Source: Macrostomum hystrix | Taxonomy: Eukaryota > Animalia > Platyhelminthes | Length of the DNA: 64,000 bases | Reading direction: 5' to 3' | Assembly: GCA_950097015.1 (NCBI GenBank) | Contig: CATNEN010000007.1 | Coordinates: 12,276,001-12,340,000 of the forward strand | In this document: positions 11,201-23,100 of the stretch, piece by piece | Position numbering within the stretch: position 1 is the stretch's first letter | Layout of the letters: every line of letters begins with the position of its first letter | The notes under the pieces: model-generated | Database searches by the model: none | The model's input: only the letters and a program-made list of their open reading frames with translations | What the model was told of the DNA's origin: nothing | Position numbers and translations under genes: made by a program

Positions 11201-13227
11201 TTGTCGAAAAGCACTGGCGCTCGAACCCGCACCGGCTGTCCCTGTCACTGCACCCGGCCGCCCGCTATTCCGACCGCCTCCTGGCCGCCGAGCGAGCCGC
11301 TGTCGCCGCCCAGGCCTCCAAGGCTGACCTGACCGTTGTGCGCCGCGAGGCCCAGGAACTGCTGGCGGCGCAGACCGCGCGCGCCGATCCAGGACCGCTG
11401 CCGCGACTGGCGCTCAGCGATCTTCCTCGCCAGGCGCCCCGGTGGACCACCGACTGGGCGCTGCCAGACCGCCTGCTGCTGTGCCCGCAGCCCACTAACG
11501 GACTCGTGTACTTCAGGTACGTGTGCCTTCTGACTGTCTGTGAGTGAGTGAGTCTGGGTTGGGTGGGTGTGGGTGAGTCTGCTGTGCTTCTGTATGAGCT
11601 CTCCTGCTAAGCTGCCCGCTTCCACCCGTCTGCAGGGCCAAGCTCCGCCTGCGAGGCCTCTCTAACGGCCAGATCCGACTGCTGCCCCTGCTGAGCCTGG
11701 CCCTGCCCAAGCTCGGCACCATCGACACGCCCTACGGCCGCTTGGCTGAGGCAGTCGACCGCATCAGTGGCGGCTTTGCGTGCACGCCCTACGCCACCAC
11801 CAGGCCAGACGAGGCCACCGCCAGCTGCGACTTCGGCCTGGTGATCTCCACCTGCTGCCTGGCCGCCAACCTGCCCCAGGTGCTCCAGCTGTGGCGCCAG
11901 ATCTGCCAGCAGCCCGACTGGGCCGCCCGCGACCGCCTGGCCAACCTGCTCAAGATGGAGTCCGCTGACCTCGTCAGCCGCCTCACCGGCCAGGGCCACA
12001 CCTTCGCCGCTGGCCGCGCCGCCGCCCGACTGAGCGAGGCTGGCCGCGTTGCCGACCTGCTGACAGGCCTGGACAGCCTGCGAGCCATCAAGCTGGCCGC
12101 CGAGGCTGACCCCGCCAGTGTTGAAGCCCTGGCCAGCGACCTGGCCGACCTCTGCCGCGTTGTTTTTCGTCCGGAGAATTTCCGCATCAGCCTGACTGGA
12201 GAGCAGGTCAGTGTGACCGCCTCCTGCTGCTTTAGTAGCGTTTTGTGACTTCTCATGGCAGAAATATTATGCTCATATGGGAGTAATACTGCTCTTAGGG
12301 GAGTAATACTGCTTATAGTAGAGTAATACTGCTCATAGGGGAGTAATACTGTTCATTGGGCAGTAATACTGCTAATTGGGCAGTAATACTGCTCATTGGG
12401 CAGTAATACTGCTCATAGGGGAGTAATACTGCTCATAGGGGAGTAATCTGCTCGATCATAGTGAAGTAGTACTGGTCATAGTAGAGTAATTCGCAATGAT
12501 TGTGTGTATTGAACTTGCTGTTTAGCCCGAGTCCGGCGTCAAAGAAGTGGAGGCCTTTCTATCCGCCTTTGATGCTGCCGCCAGCGCCGAAACAGCCACC
12601 GCCAAGCCCGCCCAGCCGCCGCGCTTTGAACTCGCCGGCGGCGCCGTCTCCAAAGCCGGCCTCTACGAGCACTTCGAAGTTGGCTCCATGGGGGTGAACT
12701 TCTGCGCCCAGGCATTTCCCTGCCCGGCCCTGACCCATCTCCGCTTCCCCGCCCTCATGCTGGCCGCCGCCCACCTGTCCTCCCGCTACCTGCACCGGGA
12801 GATCCGCGAGATCGGCGGCGCCTACGGCAGCGGCGCCCGCGCTAGCCCCGGCGCCTTCTACTTCATGTCCTACCGCGACCCCCGCTCCCTGCGCACCCTG
12901 GACTCGTTCGCGGCCGGCTCTGATTGGCTGACGGGCTGTCCGGACAATCTCACCGAGTCCGACCTGGAGGAGGCCAAGCTAGCCGTGTTCAAGACTCTGG
13001 ACATGCCCGTGCCGCCCAAGAAGCGCGGCCTGGAGTACTTCCTCACCGGCGTCACGGACGACATGCGCCAGCAGCTGCGGGACCGGCTCTTCGGCCTCGG
13101 CGTGGAAGATGTTCGCCAGGCCGCCGCCGAGGCCCTCGGGCCCAACCAGAGGACGCACAAGGTCATAATCGGCTGCCGCAACCTGGAGCTGGACTTCAAG
13201 CAGTGGGTCAGCTCTCAGATTGACTGA
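8299..13227 (+). CDS. PITRM1: Presequence protease (pitrilysin M16C); exons 8299(or 8323)-8763, 9187-9715, 9999-10390, 11197-11516, 11636-12206, 12526-13227
   Basis: Inverted zinc motif in DSTGAPHILEH, RDPFFKML, FLQ|EGW, KGVVYNEMKG, PTNGLVYF, YLHREIREIGGAYG, SYRDP. All five introns are GT..AG with consistent phase. No ATG upstream of the active site in the first exon. Confidence 0.93.
8826..9130. repeat. 21-bp (CTCCAATTAAACCCAGTTCTG)n and 23-bp (TACTCCCATAAGCCCATTCCTGC)x3 arrays in PITRM1 intron 1
   Basis: Visible tandem units. Confidence 0.85.
10403..11161. repeat. 20-bp minisatellite (TCCACTGGCACTCCGCTTCC)n in PITRM1 intron 3
   Basis: Visible array filling nearly the whole intron. Confidence 0.96.
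12280..12490. repeat. 20-bp minisatellite (GAGTAATACTGCTCATAGGG)n in PITRM1 intron 5
   Basis: Visible tandem units. Confidence 0.9.
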
Positions 13228-13664
13228 ACCGGCTGCCACGGTCATCGGTCTTGGATTTATCGTTAATAAATAGTTTCTTATCATGTATTGCTCCCTTATT
13301 GCCATAAAGTGTCATGCTATTATTGCCATCGATTGTGAAGAGGCTTGTTGAAGTAAGCAACTTTAGATACGAAGTCCCATCCATTGTAAGATCTCGGATA
13401 GCATGTTGGCTGCTAGACTTATTGTATTACCCAGGTGTGTCCTGACGCGCATGTTAGTTGACTAATTTTTTGTTTATTTTTGAATAAAAATATTCAGCAA
13501 GTGCAACGCCGCATTTCTTAGAATGGTAGCTTTTCAAACTGATGTCACAGCGCTGATTTGTTTATTTTACTGGTGCCTTTTAGCCCACAGACTACTGTCC
13601 CCTCTCAGCCAGATTCTATTCACAAGTACCAAATCCCTATATTAGCAAGATCCGAAATTCGAAG

Positions 13665-14260
13665 GTCACTCAAATCCTAAATCCCACTGTCACTCAAATT
13701 CTTAAATCCCACTGTCACTCAAATCCTTAAATCCCACTGTCACTCAAATCCTTAAATCACACTGTCACTCAAATCCTTGAATCCCACTGTCACTCAAATT
13801 CTTAAATCACACTGTCACTCAAATCCTTAAATCAGACTGTCACTCAAATCCTTAAATCGCACTGTCACTCAAATCCTTAAATCACACTGTCACTCAAATC
13901 CTTAAATCGCACTGTCACTCAAATCCTTAAATCCCACTGTCACTCAAATCCTTAAAACCCACTGTCACTCAAATCCTTAAATCCCACTGTCACTCAATTC
14001 CTAAATCCCACTGTCACTCAATTCCTAAATCCCATTTTCACCCCAATCCTTAAATCCCACTGTCACTCAAATCCTTAAATCTCACTGTCACTCAAATCCT
14101 TAAATCCCACTGTCACTCAAATCCTTAAATCCCACTGTCACTCAAATCCTTAAATCCCACTGTCACTCAATTCCTAAATCCCACTGTCACTCAATTCCTA
14201 AATCACACTGTCACTTAAATCCTAAATCCCATTTTCACCCCAATCCTTAAATCCCACTGT
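13665..14260. repeat. 25-bp minisatellite (CACTGTCACTCAAATCCTTAAATCC)n
   Basis: Visible array between PITRM1 and PQBP1. Confidence 0.95.
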
Positions 14261-14476
14261 TTGTCAGATCAAGAATCCCATAACACTTAACACATAACAG
14301 TTAATTCCCAATACTCAACCCTAATCGTCAGGTGCATAGTAAAGACAATTTTATTCCTGTCTTCCAGCCACAGCGGAATCATCAGTCATCTCCGACTGTC
14401 ATACTCTGCAGCGCCATCTCGCAGCTCTCCTAGCAGCAGCAGCAGCCAGAGTCGAGTCACCCAGCTCCGCCAGCCT

Positions 14477-15740
14477 ATGCCGCTGCCGCCAGCACTGCTT
14501 GCCCGCCTGAAGCGGCGCGGAATTGTCAAAGACGACGATGGCGAGGCCGGCAGCCAGCGGGATCGCCGGCCAGCCGAGACGGGAACCAAACCAGATGGGG
14601 AGGAGGCTGAGAAGGCCGGTGAGGAGGCGGCAGAGGAGGAGGAGGTGTTTGCTGAGCACCGAGACGAGGAGGACGAGGAGGCGGAGGCGGCGCTGCCGGC
14701 AGCTGATGTTAAGAGGGCAGCAACAAAGGGCAAAGCTACGCCGGCCAGGGCCGCCTCGGATCAGAGCGGCGACGACGAAGATGACGAGCTGACGGTGCAC
14801 GGCACGGCCAAGTGCCCCAACCGGCACATCCTGTGGCACGACTGCGGCGCCTACTGCTTCAAGCGCTGGGGCCGCTTCCGGTTCAGCCCCGACCAGCGCA
14901 TGCTGGCCAGGCGGGACCACATGCTGCGCCGCTACCCGCTGCCGCCCGACTGGTTCGAGGTCGCCGACCCCGTCACGAACCGGTTCTACTACTGGAACTC
15001 CGTCACCGAGCAGGTGAGCAGCGCGAAGCTGTTGGGCAAGCTGGAGGCCGGACAGGCGGATGCGACTCCAGCCCCCCTCATTAATTCACGTTCCACCCCC
15101 GACAACCCCGCAGGTCTCCTGGCTGTCGCCGGGTCATCCGCGCGCCGTCGTCTCGCTGGCCGCCGAAAAGCTGCGCCTCGACGAGCGCCGACGTCAGGAC
15201 GAGCGAATGGCGGCCCAGGCCGCCGCCAAGGCAACAGAGCTGGAGGCCGCCCGAATCGCCCAGCACGAGTCCGGCGACACTGCCGCCGCTGCGTCTGGCT
15301 TGGCCTCCGCCTCGGGCGCCGCCGCCGGGCACGAGGTTGACGATGAGCGGCAGCGGCAACGGCGCGACCATCGGCGTAGACGTCGCCACCGTCGTAGCCG
15401 CAGCCGCAGTCGCAGTCGCAGCAGTAGCGGAGGCTCGAGCGGCAGTGGCGGAGGTGGCGAGCGACACCATCGGCACCACCGACGACGTCGGCATCATCGT
15501 CGAAGACGCCGCAGCTCCGGCGATAGCGGCAGCGGTGGCGAAGGCGGCAAGCGCGCGCTGGACCCAATGGACCCGTCCGCCTACAGCGACGCTCCGCGTG
15601 GCGACTGGAACCGCGGCCTCGAGGCCGCCCGACGCTCCAAGAAGTCCGGCGCTGAATCGTCGAGCAAGCGTGGCGGTCGAGGCGACGATCCGCCGGCGGA
15701 GGTCACGGGTTCGCCTCCAGCCAGCCGCAACTCAGACTGA
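14477..15740 (+). CDS. PQBP1: Polyglutamine-binding protein 1 homolog; exons 14477-15013, 15114-15740
   Basis: MPLPPALLARLKRRGI start, WW domain LPPDWFEV..RFYYWN..Q|VSWLSP across a phase-0 intron, and LDPMDPSAYSDAPRGDW. Confidence 0.9.
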
Positions 15741-16004
15741 CCAGGGTTGAGCTAGCCTGCTGCTAACTCATTCATTGTTGTACCATAGCTGAGGGATTTG
15801 AGTCCACATCAGCGATCTCTCCGATCCCTTTATTCACGCATCCCAGTTTTACTTGCTGTCAAATATAAAAGTGCAAAGTGCAGGCGCAGCTGTACAATAA
15901 TTCGCAGCCGAATGTCGTTGCGCTGTCGCCAGCTGTTCGAAACTCTCCTGAATCCAAGACTTGCTTGCTTTCTATGAGGTGCGCCCGCATGCGACATCAA
16001 GTCC

Positions 16005-16293
16005 ATAATATTAATATTTGATTACACCTGCCCCACTTGGACCAGATGTGCAGCCGACAGCACAGCCGCAGGTATTGCGTACGGCTGTTCAGTCCATGGA
16101 CTGGGTGAACGCCACAGCCACCCTCAATTACCCCATCTAATGCTGGTACCCATTTAACAGCTGGGTGAACTGAAGCAATGCGAAGAGACTTAAGTGTCTT
16201 AAATGGACACAAATTGTTCCAGTGGAATCTGGATCCGAACCACCGACCTTCAAGTCGTGAGTCCGACGCTATAGCCACTTGGCTACAACCTCC
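16005..16293 (-). mobile_element. tRNA-derived SINE with a CORE-like central domain
   Basis: On the - strand: A box TAGCCAAGTGG, B box GGTTCGGATCC, then ..GACACTTAA..CTTCAGTTCACCCAGCTGTTAAATGGGTACC (CORE-like) and an AT-rich tail. Head and tail recur at 44789-44950. Confidence 0.7.
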
Positions 16294-16524
16294 ACCACTC
16301 CCAAGGACTTTTACATTTAGCACTTGTACATATCGGCTCTATGCTATATATAGTACCTAGCTAATAGCTCACAACTCTACGCACGCATCCAGTGGACGGT
16401 TTTTGCCATAGACTGCGGCCGATCTTTACTCGGCTTGCTCTATTAGCAGCTGTGGCACAGATCAAAATTGCACCCAAATTATTCTCGCACTCGATGTCGA
16501 TGAGCAAGCAGCTGGCAGCAGAGC

Positions 16525-18920
16525 ATGGCCAAGCAGAGTAACTCCAGCGACGTCAACCTCGTCCCGCTGATCGTCGTCGACAAGCTGCTTGAGCGCCCGA
16601 CGCCTAACAAGCTGAAGCCCATTCTGGACAGCTGCGTCCCAGACAGCGGCTACACCGCCTTCCGACCCTTCCTGCGCCAGGTGAGACTAGCAGCACGGCC
16701 AAGGTTTTGCTCAATCCCAGTATTGCGATTTGCACCTGCACTTCGTGCATCTAAATTATCGAAAGCTGAAGGTGATGTATAGTGTCGTCCGTTCGACTGA
16801 ACCGCCGTGCAGGTGCACCTTTCAGTATATGTAGACTGAAATGTGAAACTAAACAGGTAATCGTAAAGTAAAGAAACGAATGCCATCCGGCACTGCCGCG
16901 CCGACCCCCCACAGCACTCGAGTGCGGACTTGGTATTTGACGCCAACTCCGAGATGAAGCTGGTTGTCTCGCCTGAGCAGAGAAAAATGGAGTCCGACTC
17001 GGAGGCCGGTCAGAAGTACATCATCGACCTGCTGGGCCTTCCGGGCAGCCTGATCATGGCCTACCGCCTGCACGGCGTTGTCTTGATGGGCCCCCACGAC
17101 TGGTGGAACTGCATTGCGCAGTGCATCAGCCAGCAGGTGCACCTGGAGCACCGGGTTCGGCGCGAGGACATCAGCGTGATGGGCAGCCTGCAGCACGTCA
17201 GCGTCACGGCCCGTGCCGCCAAGCCCACCATCGCCGTCTGGCTGCAGGAGATCGAGGCGGCGGTGCAACGCGGCACCGCCCACAAAACCGAGCTGGCAAG
17301 CATGCTGCAGCGCAGCTTCGCCACCTCGACCGAGGCTTCCGACCTGGGCAACCTTAACTCCGCCATCTGCGCCTTCAAGTACAGATTCATGCCCGAATGT
17401 GAGCCGCCCTCCTGGGTTCCTGGGAGTCTAGGACTGCCGTGTGTGTGAGTCTAGGACTGCTCTGTGTGTGAGTCTAGGACTGCCCCATGTGTGAGTCTAG
17501 GACTGCCGTGTGTGTGAGTCTAGGACTGCCTTGTGTGTGAGTCTAGGACTGCCGTGTGTGTGAGTCTAGGACTGCCTTGTGTGTGAGTCTAGGACTGCCA
17601 TGTGTGTGAGTCTAGGACTGCCATGTGTGTGAGTCTAGGACTGCCCTGTGTGTGAGTCTAGGACTGCCATGTGTGTGAGTCTAGGACTGCCATGTGTGTG
17701 AGTCTAGGACTGCCCTATGTGTGAGTCTAGGACTGCCCTGTGTGTGAGTCTAGGACTGCCCTATGTGTGAGTATAGAACTGCCCTGTGTGAGTATTGAAC
17801 TGCCCTGTGTGAGTATAGGACTGCCCTATGTGTGAGTCTAGGACTGTCCTATGTGTGAGTATAGGACTGCCCTGTGTGTGAGTATAGGACTGCTCTGTGT
17901 GTGAGTCTAGGACTGCCCTATGTGTGAGTATAGGACTGCCCTGTGTGTGAGTATAGGACTGCCCTGTGTGTGAGTCTAGGACTGCCCTATGTGTGAGTCT
18001 AGGACTGCCCTATGTGTGAGTATAGGACTGCCCTGTGTGTGAGTCTAGGACTGCTGTGTGTGTGAGTCTAGGACTGCTGTGTGTGTGAGTATAGGACTGC
18101 CCTGTGTGTGAGCATAGGACTGCCCTATGTGTGAGTCTAGGACTGCCCTGTGTGAGCTGTGCACATGTGGCATTGTGCGAGGGTGAATCTGAATTAACGC
18201 CACCGCCCCGCCAGCCGCCTTCCGTGAGCAGAACTACCTGTGCGGCATCTACGGTGTGCGAATGCTTGGCAAGGCGGAGGACTGGCAGCGCCTTCTGCAC
18301 CACTTCTCGGAGGTCTGCACCTACCTCAAGACCAGCTCGGAGGACTACGGCATTGAGACGCCATGGATGGAGGGCGTGCAGAAGATTCTGGAGTTGCTGC
18401 TGAGCACCTATGAGCATAGCGGTAGGCCCAACGTTGTCAGGCGCTTCTGGAAGAACATGCTGACTGACGACTGCGTTAACTGCAGCTCCGGGCATGTGCT
18501 GCACGGCTGGCTGGCCTTCCTGTTCTCCTGCCAGATCATCGAGCCGATGGTGGACCTTCGCTGCATTCCCCTCGACTTCTCCGTCTCCTGCCTGCCATTC
18601 ACTGCTGACGCATTCGGCTGTTGCCTGGACTATGAGCTGTGCACAGGTGAGTGCTGGCTGAGAGCTGTGCACAGGTGAGTGCTGGCTGAGAGCTGTGCAC
18701 AGGTGAGTGCTGGCTGTGAGCTGTGCACAGGTGAGTCCTGAGCAATGAGCAATGAGCTGTGCACAGGTGAGTCCTGAGCAATGAGCAGGTGTGCTGAGCT
18801 TCATGCGGAATTCCGTGGCCCGGCATTGCAGGCATCACCGGCTACGCCATGAAGTTCGACCGGGAGATTGAGCGGTGGCAGGTGGAGCCGGTGCACGAGT
18901 GCTGCCTGTTCAAGTACTGA
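16525..18920 (+). CDS. DUF4419-like protein; exons 16525-16680, 16915-17398, 18215-18646, 18832-18920 (386 aa)
   Basis: Phase-consistent GT..AG introns. Motifs AYRLH..LMGPHDWW, SFATST, CGIYGVRMLGKAEDW and LHGW recall the DUF4419 pattern. Confidence 0.65.
17424..18155. repeat. 23-bp minisatellite (GAGTCTAGGACTGCCCTGTGTGT)n in DUF4419-like intron 2
   Basis: Visible array, about 31 copies, most carrying GTGAGT. Confidence 0.96.
18634..18790 (+). repeat. 28-bp exon/intron junction repeat (GAGCTGTGCACAG|GTGAGTGCTGGCTGA)
   Basis: Donor GT copies at 18647, 18675, 18703, 18731 and 18767. Confidence 0.92.
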
Positions 18921-19370
18921 TGGGAAAATCTGCCGAGTTTGTGTGACTTGTTCAACAGTTGGTCACTTACCAACTGCTAGTTGCTGGAAGCTATTCCCGT
19001 TAGTTGAAAATTGACAAAGCCTATTTTTAGCGACAGCATACCGTTCAAATTTAAATAATTTTCTTCGTGTTTGATTCAAACTCTTAAATTAAAATTCAAA
19101 CAAAAAACAAGAATTACATTCTGCTCAAGCTGCTGGCGAACCTCGTAGATTGTTTTTTTAACTGGGCATCGCGGCCTACTTATAGTAGGCTGCAACAGAC
19201 ATAGTAGAGTTCTGACTTGGTTTAAAGTTCCATTTCTAACCCAGACAAGCATTGCATTTGGCCCTGTACTCCGTACCGCCTCTTTTATCAGTCTGCACCT
19301 CCCCCAGCCATTGCCAGCTAGTCCTTCTGTGTGCACACAGCTGTGCCTGGTTCTTCTCTCCGCATGAACG

Positions 19371-19747
19371 CTTGCCTGCTCTAGCTATAGTACAGATAAA
19401 CAGTCTGTCAAATGAGAAAATAGCTTGCCTGCTCTAGCTATAGTACAGATAAACACAGTCTGTCAAATGAGAAAATAGCTTGCCTGCTCTAGCTATAGTA
19501 CAGATAAACAGTCTGTCAAATGAGAAAATAGCTTGCCTGCTCTAGCTATAGTACAGATAAACACAGTCTGTCAAATGAGAAAATAGCTTGCCTGCTCTAG
19601 CTATAGTACAGATAAACACAGTCTGTCAAATGAGAAAATAGCTTGCCTGATCTAGCTATAGTACAGATAAACAGTCTGTCAAATGAGAAAATAGCTTGCC
19701 TGCTCTAGCTATAGTACAGATAAACACAGTCTGTCAAATGAGAAAAT
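19371..19747. repeat. 53/55-bp tandem repeat, about 7 copies
   Basis: GCTTGCCTGCTCTAGCTATAGTACAGATAAAC(AC)AGTCTGTCAAATGAGAAAATA. Confidence 0.96.
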
Positions 19748-20147
19748 AATGAAAAGCAAAGAACAAGTGTTTACGAGCTCGTAGCCTAGCTTGATCAGCC
19801 ACCACTGCACGATGATTAATTTTCCGACCCGGTCACAAAAAATACTTCTTGCTGCCCTCCAGAATCTGAACCCGGAACCTGCAATGGGAAAGTAAGGTTT
19901 TTGGCAGAGATGTGGGGTTCCACGATGGGGCTCAATGTCTTGAAATATGAGGGACTTAAGTTCGCAGTGGTTGGGGTCCCAGAGCCTGGGGCTTCCTCGT
20001 GACTTTTGAGGCTCAGTCCCAGTAAGTGGACGCAGTGCTTGGCCAAAGCAGCATTGAAGTACAGTCCTGTGTTCGTGCCTGCAAAAATCTACTCCTCTCG
20101 CTGCTGCTGCCACGCTAGTCGTGGTCACAGTCCCTGCCAAAATACTA

Positions 20148-23100
20148 TTAAGTCATCGCCATGGTTACCTGCAGACGCTGTCTAAGTTCGTCGGCCAGGC
20201 GCCTTGGAAGGGCGCCACGAGCCTCCTGCAGGTCGCGCCACGGCTCCAGCAGCAGCCTTGGGTCGCGGCAGAATCCGGCACCCACGACCAGCTCTTGAAT
20301 GCCCGCGCCAGTTCGGAGGGCCACCTGCTCGACCCAGCGATGAGCCTCCGCATTCTCGGGGTCGAACTGCAGCCTAAGGCCGTGCAGCAGGGCGTCAAAG
20401 TTCACATAATAATACGAGACATAGTTCTGCAGCCTCAGCGGGAAGCAGTCCGCCAGAAAGGTGGGTAGGAAGCTGAGCTCGGGTGGCTGATCGAATTCAA
20501 AGCAGAATTTCCATGCGGAGTCGCAACTGCTCAGGTGTTGCCACACGAAGTCCTCGGTCGCCTCGGCTGCAGACCTTTCAGCCGGCCAGGAGATGCCGTG
20601 GCTCACCGCATGGCCTTTGCAGTCCGCAAGTACCATAGCCGCCGCGTCCCGGTCACCGAACTTCAGGCATGTCAGCGCTCGAAGAGCCTCCTTAGCTGAG
20701 CGAGCGCAGTTCGGCAGCCGGCCAATCAGCTGCAGCAGGGAGTGCCGAAACTCAGGGCTGGTATCTTGCTGGGACAGACCGAGCAGTGACTCGCGAACCG
20801 CATCGTAGATACTGTGGTACTCCAGTGCGCCTGACTTGGGCACTGGGTTGTCCTTCATGCTTGGCAGAACTTGAAACGGATGGAAGTGGAATGTTCCTGC
20901 TTTGTCAATTGGCTTCAGACTGCTGATGAACTGAATCAGCAGCTGCGACAGGCGCTTCATGTCGTACTGTAGCACTCTCGCTATATCCTTGGAACTGCTT
21001 TGGTCAGCTCCCTTCAGGTACAGGGCTGCTTCGGACAGGAAGAAGTGGTCCATCACTTTGTCCTTCGCTTTAGTCTCAGCTTCCTCATTTCTGCAGCTGC
21101 GCTTTACGCAGTCCTGCAGCATCTGCAGCGAGCGCCTCGTGAGACTGACGAGATTCTCAGCCTTCCACTGCTCGGTCGGTGTCTCTTCCAGCATGCGAAA
21201 CGTTATGCTCTTCACGTGATAGGACTTAACGCCTTGCACTCGGCGGCATATCACTTTCTTCACTAGGTACTTGAGCGTGACAAACAGCTGCCCCTGAACT
21301 GAACTGAGGCTTCGCAGCAGCCGCTTCTCAAGGAAGGTGGTGCTAACTCGCAGCTGCTGGCCACCTTGCTGGGGAGGCGCCGCATGAACCACGTGACACG
21401 GCGAGTTGGCCAGTTCGAGCTGGAGGATCTGCAGCACCGAGGGTTGGATTTTGGAGTCGGCGAGTCTGGGTGGCAGCAGCGGTCCGATGGGAGGATAGCA
21501 ACAGAGGCGGCAGGCGGCAACAATGTCTACTGCTGGTTTCAGCAACGATCCGCGCAACGGTTTAGCGGCGTTGGTCGCTGGAAATTCGAAAGTCGGAAGC
21601 TCCCAGATTAAAGCTATGCCGGATAATGCATGCAGGGAGTTTACAAAGGTCTCTCACCAAAGCCGGGGCACAGAATGTGTCCGTTTGTGTAGTCAACTTG
21701 ATTCCCGTCCGTACCTTGGCAGGTGCACGAACTCTTCAAATGATAGAGCCTGCCGCGGACCAACTGCATCACATCAATGTCCGACTCGATATCTGTTTTG
21801 CCATCTAGGCTGGTGAGATTGTTGCCCCAGCCTTCGGAGAAACTGCCCACAATGAAGGTATCGTCGTAGGCCAGTCGCTTGCGCAGAATCACCTGCAGAA
21901 CATCAGCGACAGTCGCCTGCATGATAGCTCTTGTGTCCACGAAGCCGGCCTCGTTGAGCGCGGAATGGAGCAGCTGGCCCAGCTCGGACTCGGTCCGGGC
22001 GACCCTGAAACGAATGAGTAGTTCCCTGCTGCAGCAACGATGTCATTCGTCCTGGTCATACTGATTTCTTTGGGGGAATACGAAAAACTAATTTTGCATC
22101 ATCTTTGCTCTTAAGATAATGGTGAAGCAAGTTCAGGATAGGCCAGTCCTTGGCTTTCCACTAAAGCAGAAAGCACTTACCCATGATGGACAAAGTCCAT
22201 GGCGCCTGACACCGACTCGCTGCCCAGCTCAACCTCTCGCCAGTCCACTTCAAGCTCTTCAATGCTGAATTCCGCTTCAAGAAGCAGTGCCACTACTTGA
22301 TGATGCTTCAGCAGGACTGCCGCCTTTAGTGGTGTGAGACCGTTCTCTCCTATAATATTGACATCGGCTCCAGCTCTGAGCAGAGACTTCACGACCTGTG
22401 GGTGGCCACTTAATGAGGCAGCAAAAATAGGCGAGTAATCGTTTCCCCGATGGCTGACATCTGCTTGCCCTTTGACGAGCAACTCGACTACCGAAGAGTG
22501 TCCATATTGTGATGCAATAATGAGGGGTGTGTACTGTTGATCATTTTCACTGTCGACATCAGCCTGCGCAGTGATGAGCAAGCTGGCAACTTGACTGTGA
22601 CCCTGTCGCGACGCAGCGAATAAAGGGGTCGACTCATCTAAATCGCAAAGGTTGACATCCGCTTGAGCTTTGATCAGCAAATCGACTATTTGACAGTGGT
22701 TGTCAAGTGCCGCTATGAAGAGAGGCGTCCTTCCGTTTTCACCAGGACTGTCAATGTTGGCACTCGCTTCGATAAGCGCCTTAGCGACTTGAAAATGACC
22801 ATTTTGGCTGGCTATGTAAAGTGGCGACGAACCAAAGACACTTTCCTGAAGGTTGACATCCGCGCGTGCTTTGATTAGAGACTTCACCACCGGCAGGTGA
22901 TTGTTCATGGACGCGACGTACAGCGGAGTCATTCCATTGTCCCGCTTCAGATTGACATCAGCCCCAGCCTTTATCAGTAGCTTTACTAATCCGTTGTGGC
23001 CGTCTTGGGAGGCAACTAGTATTGGCGTCGCCCTCAGATTGTTTTGAAGGTCGACATCCGCCTGCGCTTTCAAAAGTGACGCGACCACGCGCTGGTGGCC

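Noticed and set aside
21578-21657. Apparent premature stop in the NTase suggesting a pseudogene
   Set aside because: The stop lies in an 80-nt GT..AG intron whose removal restores the frame.
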